Below, piece after piece: positions 1 through 12,569 of a stretch of 64,000 nt of DNA. Within the stretch, counting starts at the first letter, position 1, and each line of letters begins with the position of its first letter. Both the position numbers and the translations under genes were made by a program. A model generated the notes under the pieces. It did no database searches. It was given only the letters and a program-made list of their open reading frames with translations, and was not told where the DNA came from. The DNA is from Selaginella moellendorffii (taxonomy: Eukaryota; Plantae; Lycopodiophyta): assembly GCF_000143415.4 (NCBI RefSeq), contig NW_003314286.1:449766-513765 (forward strand). The letters run 5' to 3'.

Positions 1-1010
1 CTGCGACCACCAAAACCTCCGCCATAGTTCGAGCCGCCGCCACCACCACCAGCAGCACCACCACGGACATTGTTGGGACACTCGCGAGAGAAATGACCAA
101 CCTGGAGAGTAACAAAATCATCAAAAAAAGAAACCAAACATTTTTCTTTTCTGGAAAAAAAGCACAAGCACAGCAGGAACCAAACAAAAAACTGAATAAA
201 CAATCGCGGCTTGGAAAAGTCAATGAAAACAAACAAGGCCAGAAAGACGAGAACTTACCTCTCCACACGAGTAGCATTGAGATTGGCTGCTCCTCCCTTT
301 CGAGCCGCCCCATGCATCACCATACGCGCTGGCTCCTCCTCGATCACTTTCACGCGGTCGTCCTCTACTGAAGCTTCCATACTCTTGAGTCTCCGCGTAA
401 GGCTGCTGCTCGCGGCCACGACCACCCCTGCTGAAGTTCCCATACTCCGGGTTCTCGAGAGGTTCTTCTCTCCTTCTCGGGGCAGAAGACCTCACATTCA
501 CGTTTTGCTGCATCAAAGAATGAGAACCGAAAGAGAGAAGAAAAATCAAAACTCAAAACGTCACCTCAAAACTCGCTAGCAGCTCGTCGAGCTTCTTCTC
601 TTTAAGAGCGATGTCCTCTTGGATCTCTTTCACCTTCAAAGGATCCACAGCCTTCTCCAGATCGCCTCGAGCATAGGCGAGCTCCGCCTCGGCGGCCTTC
701 TTCTCTTCATACTGCGCCTCCGTGAGTTTAGCCTGGAAGAACATAAACACAAAAGGAAAGGCGATCCTCAAGCCGAAAACTTTTTAACATACATTGGGCT
801 TCCAGTCGCGCTGTGCCTGCTCCTTCAAGATCTCGGTCTCTTTCTTCCCCAGGCGCTCGGCAATCACTTGCTCTCGCGGCCGCGCGGCTCCAAACGGATT
901 TGGCTGACAAGAGGAGGCGAATCAATCGGCGCGAAAGAGAGAGAGAGACGCGAGAGGAGGATTACCTTAGAAGACCTAAGCGGCGCCTCTGATTTCTCTC
1001 CCTGGCTCAT
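1..1010 (-). CDS. Multi-exon gene (3' end outside the window): plant eIF4B-like motif + coiled coil + RGG-rich region + CCHC zinc knuckle
   Basis: ATG at 1010 with a GT donor at 965. Exon 2 encodes PNPFGAARPREQVI (plant eIF4B-type motif). Later exons encode CYSCGE|VGHFSREC and a Gly-rich tail. TATA and telo-box (AAACCCTAG) lie near 1057-1068. Confidence 0.7.
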
Positions 1011-1139
1011 AGTTGCGCGATCGAGAACCCTGATCCCGGAAGAAAACCCCAGCTTCTATAAACCCTAGTCAAACGCCGTGCTTCAAGTAAATATTCTAAA
1101 AAACGCGATACTTATGCTGACAAGATAGAAAAATGGATG

Positions 1140-3475
1140 TCAGCGTTTGATCATCGTCCAGAACGACGAGTAGTACAAATGCTGGAGAAAAAAAACCAAG
1201 TAAGAAAAAAACCTCAAGCGATAACCAAAATCACTCTTTTGATTGAGGGATAGAATGAAACCCACCTGACTCATCGAAGTTGGGCACGAAGCGTATGTAT
1301 TTTGCACTGTGGATTCCTTCTGCTCGAGGAAAAAAGAGGACATGGATCAAATCGATGAGAAAGTACTGGAGACTTTTACCTTCAGCTCGAATCCATAGCT
1401 AAAAGCTACTGTTTTCACGTCCTCCAAGCTCAGCTCTATGGAGATTTCCTAGAAAACGAGGAACATTGCTGATAGAAGAAACGAAAAAATTATAGAGGGC
1501 TTACGTCGTGGGAGGAGAATTCGTGAGCATCAGCGAAGTGGTAGAGAAGGGGCCCCAGATTGATCCACACCTGGCACGAAGAAAACTCCACTAACGTCTT
1601 AGATATCAAATCAAACAAACATCAACATCGATGCTTACACCACCGGGCTTGAGAACTTTGTGAATCACTTCTATGTAGTCCACGACGTTGTGCGCCGTGT
1701 CGATGAAGAAGCAAGTCACCACAGCATCCCAGGCACCTGTAAAACAAAAAAAAAAAAAACGAAAAAGTTTGAGAAAGAAACGATTGTTTTTGGTTTTTTC
1801 CTTGAAAGAAAGGCTAACCTGTTTGGCTCTCGTGGCCATAAACCTCCAGAAAATCACCGGCACACATCGAAAAGCCTTCAGTAATTCCTGCACTGTTATC
1901 TGAATATCCATGAGCTGAACTGTAAGATCGCTGCTGGAACTAGAAAACCTTCCAGGGTGAACATCAGGAAAGCGTACAGATTCGAGCTGATCCTTGTCCG
2001 AAAGTTTGTTGCAGTTGCTGTGTATCCACGGGTGCATCTCAAATTCGTTCGGCTCGACAGTCCTGCATTGCACACTTTTAATCTTCGCTCTACAGAAAAT
2101 GAAATCGCTTACTGGTTAAGGATAAAACTCGAGCAAATGAGCACGTAGTATGAAAACTCATTCCCTTGGCACACGAACCCTGAAAAACACCATGTAGAAA
2201 CCATCAAACCTTGATAGTATAGATTAGATTACCTAGTCGTGATATCTCCAAGGCTAGTCGTCCCAGTCCCGCTCCAGGAACTAAGCAGCTTGGTCTCCTG
2301 CGAGATTTTCAAGAGTGAATCAAGAGATTTTGCGAGTAAATAAACGTACGCCTCGGGATCAATATTTGGAAACCATGACTGCAGCTCTTGTAGCAGCGGC
2401 GAATAGCACTTGTCACGCTCAGCAGCTCCCTGTGAAGAAAACTAATCAGGAAAAGAAGAACACTAGACAAACTCGAAAACCTCTACCTCTTTTGTCCAGT
2501 CTCTTACAATGTTTCGAAGAACGCAACGGACCTACACAAGTACAGAGGATAGTTGCAAGAATGAGAAACTCCAAAGGCCCACGAACCTTATCAACATCTG
2601 ACGGTCTGACGTGCAAGTGTTGGTCGGCATTGTCCTCAAAATGAAAACCACCGGTTGAATTTGGCATTTCTCGAGATCCGAAATGGAAGTCATCCATCTT
2701 AAGAACATAAAGCAAACTCTCCAGAGCTTGAACAAAAGAAGAAAAAAACAAAAGCATACCTCGTGCGAGCCTTGCACCTCGACTGCAGACTTTGTTCCCT
2801 CGTTTTCGACTGCTAGTCTCTTGTTACTAACGCTCGTTTCGCTGCGACAATCTTTCCAACCGTTCGCATTCTCGTGGTCTTTCTTGTGATTCTTGCAACC
2901 AGCAGTCGTAACGTCCTCGTTCCCAGCATCGGAAACATGCTCAAACTGTTGTTCGTCGTCGCTCATTTCGAAAGGAGGCTCAAAGTACTGCGAGAGGAAA
3001 GAGCTTCTTTCATCACAATAAGAGAAGAAATAAAACGAGTACCCGAAGCATTGTGGATATGAGATGGAAATTCCTTGAAATACACCTGATAGATAGAAAG
3101 ATGGAACACAAATCGTTTTTTTCTCAACAAGAAGAGTACCTCCTCACTTCGGCATATTTCTTTGGCAGATGACTTAGAAGCTCCTACAAAAGAAAAAGCG
3201 AAGAAGAAGAAACTCAATGGCTCTCTCCAAATTCTCAAACCTTTTGCCTCGACGGTAGTCGCGAGTACGATCGCTCCCATCGTCTCACATCATCCTCTGC
3301 GGAGCTCGCATAGCTGGAATCATCCAAAACCAAAAATCGGAGAAGGAAGAATCAGTGCCAGTTTTGGGAGGAAGAGATCCTCGACTCACTTGAGATAGGT
3401 GGCAATGACTCTCCGGAGCGCCTTCATCTCCAACGCCCCGTCAATCTTGTCCGGCTCCATGCTCTCCCGCTCCAT
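1140..3475 (-). CDS. Carnosine N-methyltransferase-like (N2227-type) SAM-dependent methyltransferase, many short exons
   Basis: Exons encode CLVPGAGLGRLALEIS, CQGNEFSYY, WDAVVTCFFIDTAHNVVDYIEVIHKVLKPGG and WINLGPLLYHF. Start MERESMEPDK at 3475, TGA at 1140-1142. Confidence 0.85.
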
Positions 3476-3943
3476 GCCGCTGGCAATAAATAGGGTTTAT
3501 ACAAACGCCACTGCGAGGATAAAGAAAATTCGTGGAGTATTTAAATCGTTGCCTTTAACGAGAATTTATAGGAGTCTTTCCTTCTCAAAACGTTACTAAC
3601 TTGGAAGCATTGGAGCCGAGTGTCGCTGAGAAGCACCGAAAGGGAAAAGGACTGTGGCGAGAAGCATTCCAGTCTCCACTGCGCTTGAGTGAGATTGTCG
3701 GAGTATCAAGCTTCGCAGCTGGTTGATGGCAAGATCGACATTGGTCGTGAAGATCTACTTGCGGTGGAAATCGAATGCTTCTCGGAGATGATTCGGAATG
3801 TAGAAAACTCCATGCAGGCAAAAGTTGAAGTAGCACCGTTGTTCGGAATGTTTGTCGGTGTTGTCGAGAGATTTTGCACGAGAAGATCTTCACCTGTAAT
3901 ACAGGATGTGAGTGAACTGTCTAACATCAGTGCAGTAGCAAGC

Positions 3944-5993
3944 TTACCTCGCTGTTTGCCAGAATCTCACGGTACGATCACTTCCGCATGTTACAAAGCA
4001 AGCTTCACTTGGAGAATGCTCGATACAGCGAAGGGCACCGGCGTGATTCGAATTGAGACGACTCATGAGGTCACCAGTAAGAGCATCCCACACGACAACC
4101 TGAAAAGATAAAAGTGGTGAGCATGATTGTTTATGGAGCTCATCTAGAATACCTCGCCTTTCGGTTCGTCGCTGGACAAAACGAATTCTTCGTTGTGAGT
4201 GAAGACCGCCTGAAAGCAGCACAACGATCATGCAAGTCCAGAGGCATCACTTCGAAAAACCTGGCATCTCGTCTGAGAGTGTTGGCTGCCAATGTAACGC
4301 TTGACTTGCCTACCGCTGCCTACATCCCACAGTACTACTGCAAGGTCTTTGCCGCACGAAAGCACGTATCTGCAACACAAACCATCGAAAAGCTTAGGGA
4401 CCAGCAGCAGTAGTCTATCACCACCTTTGATCTCTTGTAAAAACGGCACTTGTGGCTTCAGCTGAAACATGAGCACCTTGAATCGCCCTGACACACCGAG
4501 CAGTTTTTCCATCCCAGAAGCGAACACCGCCATCTTTGCTTGCTGTAACATAAAGACCTCCGTTCTCCGAGAATCTTACCTGCGGTTGAACTTGTCCATC
4601 AATCTCACAAAATATTAAGCATAAAGCGCACCTGGTTGATAGCACTACCAACATGCTTCTCTTGAAGGGAGGCTGATACATAGCACTGAAGCGTGTTTGA
4701 GTCATAGAGATGAGGTATTGGATGGTCCGTTCCTGGCAAAAACATTAGCGTGAATTTATAACTTCCCATCGAATGCTTACCAGCAAGCAAAAAATCCCCG
4801 CATGGATGAAAGCAAACTGATCGCACGTTGTGTGTGTCCTGAAAAGCAAAGCCAAAGCGTTAGACCTCGATCATTTCCAAGTTCCACAAAAACCAGCATA
4901 CTTGAATCGCTTTGACGGCTCGGCGAGCAGAAGTTTTTGCGAAATCAAAAAACCTGTAGTCATCTTACATCAGAGAAGTTTCAAAAGGCTAATTCGCTTT
5001 ACTTGATAGTGCGGTCCTTAGCACCAGAAACAAGAATATGAGCTTGAGGATGGAAGTCCAGATCGTTGATAGGCTGCGTCGAAAGCCTCAAGTAAGCAAG
5101 AACAAAATCGAAAGAAGACTTGCATGTATATGATCGAAAAACGTCCTGATGGCCGGCCTGATCGATCCTACATCTGGGAGCATCATTTGCTGTATCTTTT
5201 CAACCTTCAAGAACAAGAAAAACAAAGGAAGATATCAGCCAAAAGAAGAAGAAAGATGAACACTAGAAAGACTTAACGTACTTCAAACAGCTTGATCGAT
5301 GCGTCGGCTCCTCCTGTTGCGACGAGCCGGCCATCCGGGCTGAATCGAGCACACCGTGCGGCATTCTGAAACAAAGAAAAGAGACAAAGAAAAAGTTAGC
5401 GTGAAAACTTTCTTTCACGCGAACAAAGTAGTGCGCTACCTTATGCTCCGATATTTGCTGGGAGACAAGCTTTGGGAAGAACTTGGACGCGCGTTTGCCT
5501 GTTTGTAACGAGCTGCCAAAGAGTAGCACAATGCTAGATCGAAAAAGAGAGAAAGTACTTGAAATCGGTGAGTCTCGATGGTAGGACTGGAAGAGGGCCA
5601 TATCCGATAGAACTCGTCCCAGCGTCGATGGAAGCTGATCCCCTCGCTGGAGCGCTACTCTCGACGGCAAGTCCCTGCTTACAGAGTAAAAAACGTTAGA
5701 AGAATTCGCGAGAATCGTCTGAAAGAATGGAAGGTAGAAGAATTCGCGACCTTCTGGACAAGCTCCAGTAATTTGTTTGGAGGAAGCTCGATGTTAAGAG
5801 GGATCATGGTCGCATTTGCGACCGCAGTGGCTGCCTGGAACGAAGAATCATGGAGAATTTCCAGGCGCTCGCAAGGACGAGGATCGATTACCTGGTTGAG
5901 ATTGTTGTCCCGGAGATACGAGACAATGAGCGCCATCACATGCCGCTGGAGGAGCCCCTCCTGGAGAAGCCGCGATTGATCTACTATACCCAT
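3944..5993 (-). CDS. CSTF50: Cleavage stimulation factor 50 kDa subunit (WD40 repeats)
   Basis: N-terminal LIVSYLRDNNLNQ dimerisation motif. WD repeats ARCARFSPDGRLVATGGADASIKLFE, VRSVCFHPCGDFLLAG, YVTASKDGGVRFWDG and TCGSDRTVRFW. Confidence 0.88.
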
Positions 5994-6041
5994 TGCAAAG
6001 CTCAAGAACCCTAAAAGGGTTTGAAAAAAAGGAGGACAAGA

Positions 6042-7295
6042 ATGGCAAAGGACGATGGGGCGAAGCAGGCTAAGGGTCGTAAGCGCCGCGGCCCGGCTCC
6101 CTCCACGGCGAGGAATCTCCGATCGTGCACGAGCAACGCCAAGGCGACATTGTCGGATGGCGAAGCCAAAGCCCCGGGATCGAGCGAGGATATGGTGGTG
6201 AGCTTGGAAGAGATCGAGAATGTGGTTGTGGCTGTGAGCGAGGACGGTACTGCGCCCATCACTCCTTCTACTCCCGCTCCACAGGAAGAGGAGGAAAGCC
6301 TCGACGACAACTGGAAAGAGGTTCGTGACGATTCTTTTGTTTGGTCTATTCGCTTGGATCGTGCTAGGATTTTTTCTCCTTCTTTGCTTCTACTCTCCTG
6401 GTTCGAGTGCTATGATCTTTGGTTTGCTCGTTTTGATGGATCGTGCTACATTTGCGAAGAAGTTTTTTCTTCGTTTGAGTGCTATGATCTTTGATCTATT
6501 CTTTCTCTTGTTTCTGGTTCTACCTATGCTGCTTTCTCTGTGCTTGTGTGATCTATTCCGTGTTTCTTCGTTCCGCTAGAGTTTCTTCCATGTCCTTTAT
6601 CACAGTTTCTTCTTCTTCTTCTTTCTTTCTCTTTTTGTGTAGAAGCCATAGCCATCGTGGTTTATATCCCACTTTCTTTTTCACAGGTTACGAGGGCCGT
6701 ATGCTACGAAATGGACGCCGACTTCTCTCACGGCGACGGGCTTCCGGAGATGGAAACCATCGAAGGTAATGGTTTGTTTCCTTCATTTTCATCCAACCAA
6801 CGAAGGACTTTCACAGCGCCTCCAAAGGAGCCGATCACCGTCCCGGACGATCTCGACGAGGGGCTCAAGCTGCTGGTGAGCAAGAACAGGATGAGGAAGA
6901 CTGAGGTCTTCAAGCTCAAGCTCGCAATATACCAGCTCTACTCGAAAGTGGGAATTCTGGAAGCAGCCAACGCGGCAGAAGTTGCACAGAGGGAGGAGCT
7001 CGACAAGTCCAAGGAACACGCGAGCAAGCTCCAGCAGGAGCTTAACGAGGCCGTGGAGGAGCTCAAGAGGGCGAAGGAAGACAACGCCGGGCTCAAAGCT
7101 CGGGTGGAGGAGCTGACTCGCGCCATCGACGCGGATCAGGACGAGGAGAAGGCGAGGAAAGCCGAGAAGCTCGAGAAGGAGATCGAGAGCCTCAAGTCGC
7201 AGATCAAGCAAAAGAATGGAGTCATCGCGCTGCTGCGAAACAGCTACGGCGATCCACGAGCCAGTCTTGCCGCGAGGCAGTTTATGACACCATAG
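6042..7295 (+). CDS. Uncharacterised coiled-coil protein, probably 2 or more exons
   Basis: ATG at 6042, basic NLS-like GRKRR, GT at ~6322 and AG at ~6686 joining in frame to a long heptad-rich ORF ending at 7295. Confidence 0.6.
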
Positions 7296-7575
7296 CTGCA
7301 AAGTAGCCCAAGTTAAGCATGGCACCATAGCTGCGAAGCAACCATAGCATACCAAGTAAGCTCTAGTGAAGATCTTTGTGTAGCTAACTCTTCGTCCTCT
7401 ATACAGCATAGTAACTTAGCAGCAGCAAGGAAAAGAAAGGAGAAAGTTTTGGAAAGCTCTCTCACTCTCTTGACTACTTTTATTCGTTCGTGTTCCAGAC
7501 GAAGATCTCGAACAGGATGTGGAGAAAAGCGAGAAGAAGCTCAAGGTGGTGGTGGCAAAACAAAGGAGGTTCTCG

Positions 7576-7606
7576 TCTCTCTCTCTCTCTCTTTCTCTCT
7601 CTCTCA
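7576..7606. repeat. (CT)n microsatellite between convergent genes
   Basis: Visible ctctctct run. Confidence 0.9.
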
Positions 7607-7633
7607 ATCTCTTTCTTTCTCTAGAGAGAATTT

Positions 7634-8967
7634 TTAACGGCGTCGATCTCTGCGATTGTTGTTGGTGTTGTTGGCAAACTGTGCTCGGTCTCGGACTCTA
7701 AGCGGGGATCGAGATCGCGGAGCACCTCTCGGGCCGTATCGAGCAAACGTAAGTCGCAAAACGTACGAATCGGGATCATTCTCATCAAACTTATAACCTG
7801 CAAGGCCCGCGCACGGTTTTTAAGTTCTGGGAAAGCTCTCAAGGTTGGTTCTTTAGACCATGATCGTTCCTTTCCTCTGTTTACTCATTCTCATTCTTTT
7901 CTCTTTCTCTTCTTTTTTAACGTTTCGTTTAGGAAAAGTTCGAAGAATGCCAAGCCAGTCCCTTGGCAAAATGATAGTACAAGCTGGAAAAGTGTGAGTT
8001 TCCCAGGAGCTACAACTCCCAGGCCCGTCCCAGGGACTTAAAGAAACACCAGCAGGGAGGAGCATGATCATGGTGACCCAAAGCAGGAAGCAAAACGTAA
8101 AAGGAAAGAAGAACGCGAGCACTCTACCTTGCAAGGCTTCCAAGGCCGTGGCCGCGCACTTGGCATCCATGAACTCCACGAAGCACAAGACCAGCTTCTC
8201 CCCGGTTGCCTGCGCAGCAAAAAACTTTCGATAAAAACTTTGACGAAACTTTCGAGAACAAGGAAGATCTTACTCTCTTTGCGTCCTTGTGAACAAGCCG
8301 AACTTCTTTGAAACCGATGAATGGCCGGAAGATATCTGAGACAACTCCAGTCAAGGCCACAAAACCATATGAGAGAAATCGAGAAACGATCACTGAAAGG
8401 ATACGTGCTGCCTCTCTGCGCGTACAGTCCGATGGCAATCCATCCACGAAAAGAGTGGAGGATGCGTCGTGAGGGAGGCCATCGCCGGTGTTGATGTTCA
8501 AGTTGGATCGAGCTCCGGCTAAGCAGGCAACGTCGTATCCCATCATCTGGGAAGTTTGCGTGATCAGCGACGAATCATCCAGCGCTGATAGCCCGGCCCC
8601 GAGAGCGCTCAAACTGGCAGCACCACTCACGCCGAGCCCGACTCCAGACAATCCCAAGTCCGAGGAAAGTCCCGCAAACGAAAGCTGCCGAAAAAACACG
8701 AAAGTTGTGTGTTTTGTTTTCTCCACATTGTGAAAGATCTACCCCGTTGCGCAAGAGATCCGAGGATGTTGTGAGTTGATCGCCTTCGCGGCCTCCCCAG
8801 CCACCTCGATCATCGTAAGTTCTCTCTGAGTGAAAGAAGAAGTTAACAAAGAAAGAGAAAGAACCAAAACAAATTTTACCGTAGTCTCGTCGGGGTCTCT
8901 TTGGCGAGGGCGATGGAGTCCTCCTGTCAGCAGTAGCGTAATTCCATCTAGCCCCAAAGTCAGCCAT
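7634..8967 (-). CDS. Single-RRM RNA-binding protein, nuclear speckle RNA-binding protein (NSR)-like
   Basis: ASSTLFVDGLPSDCTRREAAHIFRPFIGFKEVRLVHK...LCFVEFMDAKCAATALEALQGYKFDE across exons. ATG 8967, TAA 7634-7636. Confidence 0.85.
8336..8404 (-). other. U12-type (minor spliceosome) GT-AG intron
   Basis: Donor GTATCCTTT and branch site CCTTGAC ~14 nt from the AG. Removal restores AAH/IFRPF. Confidence 0.85.
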
Positions 8968-9326
8968 CCCTAGAGCAATGCCAATCAATCCCTCGCTTCT
9001 CTCGCTCTCTCTCGCGCGCGCGCTATGGATGAATCCGGGGTCCTCCAAATTCCTGGAGCATTCGGCAAGAAGATCACAAATTACTCTACCAGAGACCTCT
9101 GGATCGCGGAATTGGATGCTCTTACCATGGATCTGCAGCGCCACACCCCGATAGCGTCGCGTACAGCTCTCCCCTGTTTTCTCTCTTTTTTTTTCCCTTT
9201 CAGATATATGGGGTTAGGGCAAACCAGACATATAAAAGATCTGATGTGGCTATTCCGTTGGAGAATCAATCTTGGCCGTCCATCACATCCTATAAAAACT
9301 TAGAAAGATAGAAAAGAGGGCTTGCT

Positions 9327-9734
9327 ATGGCGCTTCTCTTCCACGCTCCAGCGTTGTGTTCTTCGCTTCTCTTCCACGCGCCAACGTTGTGTTCTTCAAT
9401 TCATCCCTTCAACAAAGCAACGAGAATAAGAATTCCAATGCAAATCTACACAACAAAGAATTCTAGAATGCTAAGAAATCCATCTATTGTGGCAGGAGCT
9501 ACCAACAAGCCAGAATCCACAGGAGAAAAAGAAGACCAAGCAATCTCACCAGTAGGCCTAGAGAAATCCCTGGCCAAACTATTCCGAAGTAAGCTCTGGA
9601 TCGCCGTGCTCTCGCTCTTTCTCACGGCCTTCATAGCCGGCTACCTTTACTTCTTTATCACGGGGAATGGAGCTGACGAAGTTCCCATCATGAAGTACCA
9701 GTACTACCAGTACACCAAATCAATCACGAAGTAG
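9327..9734 (+). CDS. Small putative plastid-targeted membrane protein
   Basis: Transit-peptide-like N-terminus with a tandem duplication (LLFHAPALCSS/LLFHAPTLCSS), one hydrophobic helix (LWIAVLSLFLTAFIAGYLYFFI), TATA at ~9291. Confidence 0.5.
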   Translation: MALLFHAPALCSSLLFHAPTLCSSIHPFNKATRIRIPMQIYTTKNSRMLRNPSIVAGATNKPESTGEKEDQAISPVGLEKSLAKLFRSKLWIAVLSLFLTAFIAGYLYFFITGNGADEVPIMKYQYYQYTKSITK

Positions 9735-9830
9735 AATAAGCTCCGCTCGTTATTTCGTTCCTAGAAGAGAACTTCGTTGGTTTAGAAAGAACAGCAAGAG
9801 AAAAGAATGAAGAAATGCAATTACCTCTCC

Positions 9831-11186
9831 TCAAGCTGCTGCCGGAGCTGGAAGTGGTGATAGCGCTTTCAGTGGATTGGAAATGACACCGTCAATGAGG
9901 CCATACTCTTGAGCTTCCTTGGGACTCATGAAGAAATCCCGGTCGGTGTCTTGAATTATCCTTTCCAGTGGCTGCCCGGTGTGATAAGATAGATAGCTGT
10001 TCAAGTTCGCTTTGTGATGCAAGATTTCATTGGCCTGTCGTCATTTTGAATGTCAGTTACTCCATCCATGAATACGAACTCATCGCTTGTGTACCTGGAT
10101 CTCAATGTCGGACTGCTGTCCTTGAGCGCCACCGAGCGGCTGGTGAATCATGATCCTAGAATTTGGTAAACTATAACGCTTTCCTGGAGTTTCAAAATGG
10201 CAGACGTGAGAAAAAAAAATCATGTAAGTGTGTAGAATACCTTTTGTGCCTGCACTAAGAAGAAAAGCACCCATACTACAAAACCATGAAAGAGATGAAA
10301 TGTGTTTAGAAAACGAGTCACATAGGACTGAGAAGCAAACCTTGCAGCGAGACCAACACAGACAGTACTCACGTCCGGACGAATGTGCCTCATGGTGTCA
10401 AACACGGCCATTCCTGAGCAGAAAGAAAATAAATTGTTAGCTGACAACTCGATAGGGAAAAAAAAAAAAAACCATACCAGCGGTAACGGAACCTCCAGGT
10501 GAATTTACATACATGACAATATCCTACAAAATCAATCGAGCTTTAACCATCTTCTACATGTTATAACCCACAAACCTTCTTTGGATCCGCAGCATCCAGA
10601 TAGAGAAGCTGCGCAACAATGAGATTTGCCATATCATCGTCAACAGCTCCACCGCATCGAATTATCCGCTGAAAGTATCAAGCAAGGAAAATTTACAAAA
10701 CAGATCAAACGACAAACTTACGTGCTGGAAGAGCTGAGTGATAACACTCTGAAAGCGCTCTTGTAGCATGGGAGGTGGACCTTGGCCTTGCCCAGCAGCG
10801 TAAGCACCTCCCAGATATGCCGAGGGCGGCACCTCCAAATCTCTCCTGCGAAGAGAAAGAAAATTAAAAAAATCTCTCAATCGCTCCAGTAGAGTACCTA
10901 ATCGACCACAATCCATCATGAATCGTTGCATCCGGGGACCAAAACCGCTCGCTAGAGAAACTACTGTGCTGCATTTTCGACGCCCTAGCTGTGCACGACA
11001 GCCGCTTCGATCTAAAACACGAGCAGCCAAAGCATGAGCAATCCAGCACAGAGCAATGCGCGCTTGCCTGCCCCGAAACCGCACGGGAAGAGCGGCGCTA
11101 CCGCTGCCATGCCTGCCGCTCCGCTGCTGCTCGCATTGCGGCCCCTGGTGGAGAAGCTCCGGCGCGCTGGCGAGCGCCATAGCCAT
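9831..11186 (-). CDS. CLPP5: Plastid Clp protease proteolytic subunit ClpP5
   Basis: [67 protein letters not shown] and [23 protein letters not shown] match plant ClpP5. Confidence 0.92.
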
Positions 11187-11240
11187 TTTCACAAGAACCC
11201 TAAAATACGCCGCCCTTGTTAAATTATCTGGAGATTCTAT

Positions 11241-12569
11241 TCAAGAAGTCCAGTTGCTAATGGCGATGAGGACCTGTCGATTCCTCCGCAAGAGGATCCA
11301 ATTCCCGCTGCGCCCCACGCTATACTCTCTCGCATTCGAGTACGTCGCTAGCATTTGCTTCGCTCCAGCATAGACATGGGGCTTGATCTTGTAGCCCTCG
11401 AACCCGGCCCCGCGCATCAGCTCGTGCCACTGCTTGTATCCCTCGGGCCTCTCCACGCGCTCGTCGCCCTCGCACGCCAACGTGTTGAGCAGCTCCAGCC
11501 CGCGGAGCTGCTCCAGGAACCTCCTCTCGCCCGCGAATCGCGACTCCCCCAGCGACGCGGCGATGTCTTCAAACATGCCGGCGTAGAACTCGAAGGCCTC
11601 TCGCGCGCGCGCCACCAGCGATGGCGAGTTGAATCCCACTGGAGGGAAGGCGGCGTTGAGGAAGAGCTTGGGCTCCATCGCGTGGATGTTCCTCAGGAAC
11701 CTCCTCTTTGGATCGTCCGAGAGCTCGCGCAGCTTGTGGAACGAAGTCACGATCAGGACGTCGTCTGGCTGGATCATGAGCTGCGATGGTTCGATCGAGT
11801 CCCAGTCGGCCGTCACCACCGAGTGGAACTCGAATGGAACGCCGACGCTGCTGGCGTAGCGGCCGAGCTTGGCGCCCACATCCTCCCTGGGATAGAAGAG
11901 GGCGTTGCTTGGTCGATCCACCGCGGTGACGCGAAAGTGTGGCGGGCCGCAGGATCTTTCGGAGAAATCCTTGATCAGGCACAGCCACCGATAGCCCGGA
12001 CCGATTCCAAAATCGACTACGTGCACGCGAGCCGCCGACGATGTCTCGTCCAGGATCGTCTGGTTCGTGAAGAAGATTGGCAGCCCAAAGCCCGGGATTC
12101 TCTCCGCGACTGTGGCGAACAACTGGAGGATCTCGTCGATGGGTCGCCTGGATTTGATGAGGCCATTGTAGAGCAGGCTCCCGGTGCCAGTGATTCGAGC
12201 CACGAGCGCTTCGGAGAAGTAGAAGGCTAGGCGCTCCACCGTGGTTCCTGTGGGAGAGGACTTGTCTCTCAGCCCGCTGACGAGCGCGTAGGCTTGGGTG
12301 GTGGCATCCGCGGCGATGGCTTCGCAGCACTTGACGATCGATGCTTTGAGATCTCTCATGAGCTTGGCTTCCTCAACCGCGACCAGATTGTCAGTTTGTT
12401 GATCGAGGACCAGATTGTCAGTTTGCTGATCGATTTGATGGTCACCGGCATCGTCTAGCTCTATGAAGGAATCAAAGAGGGATTGCGCGTACCCGTGATC
12501 CTGATTGTTAGAGTTGTCCGCCACAGGTTGGAACTCGCTCCAGTTGGATTGCAGATCATCGCCTTCCAT
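11241..12569 (-). CDS. GRAS transcription factor, LISCL/SCL9-14-like, copy 1
   Basis: Intronless 442 aa ORF with ERLAFYFSEALVAR, HVVDFGI, PPHFRVTAVD, ACEGDERVERPE and a SAW-like ISNW end. Confidence 0.9.
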   Translation of the reverse strand: MEGDDLQSNWSEFQPVADNSNNQDHGYAQSLFDSFIELDDAGDHQIDQQTDNLVLDQQTDNLVAVEEAKLMRDLKASIVKCCEAIAADATTQAYALVSGLRDKSSPTGTTVERLAFYFSEALVARITGTGSLLYNGLIKSRRPIDEILQLFATVAERIPGFGLPIFFTNQTILDETSSAARVHVVDFGIGPGYRWLCLIKDFSERSCGPPHFRVTAVDRPSNALFYPREDVGAKLGRYASSVGVPFEFHSVVTADWDSIEPSQLMIQPDDVLIVTSFHKLRELSDDPKRRFLRNIHAMEPKLFLNAAFPPVGFNSPSLVARAREAFEFYAGMFEDIAASLGESRFAGERRFLEQLRGLELLNTLACEGDERVERPEGYKQWHELMRGAGFEGYKIKPHVYAGAKQMLATYSNAREYSVGRSGNWILLRRNRQVLIAISNWTS

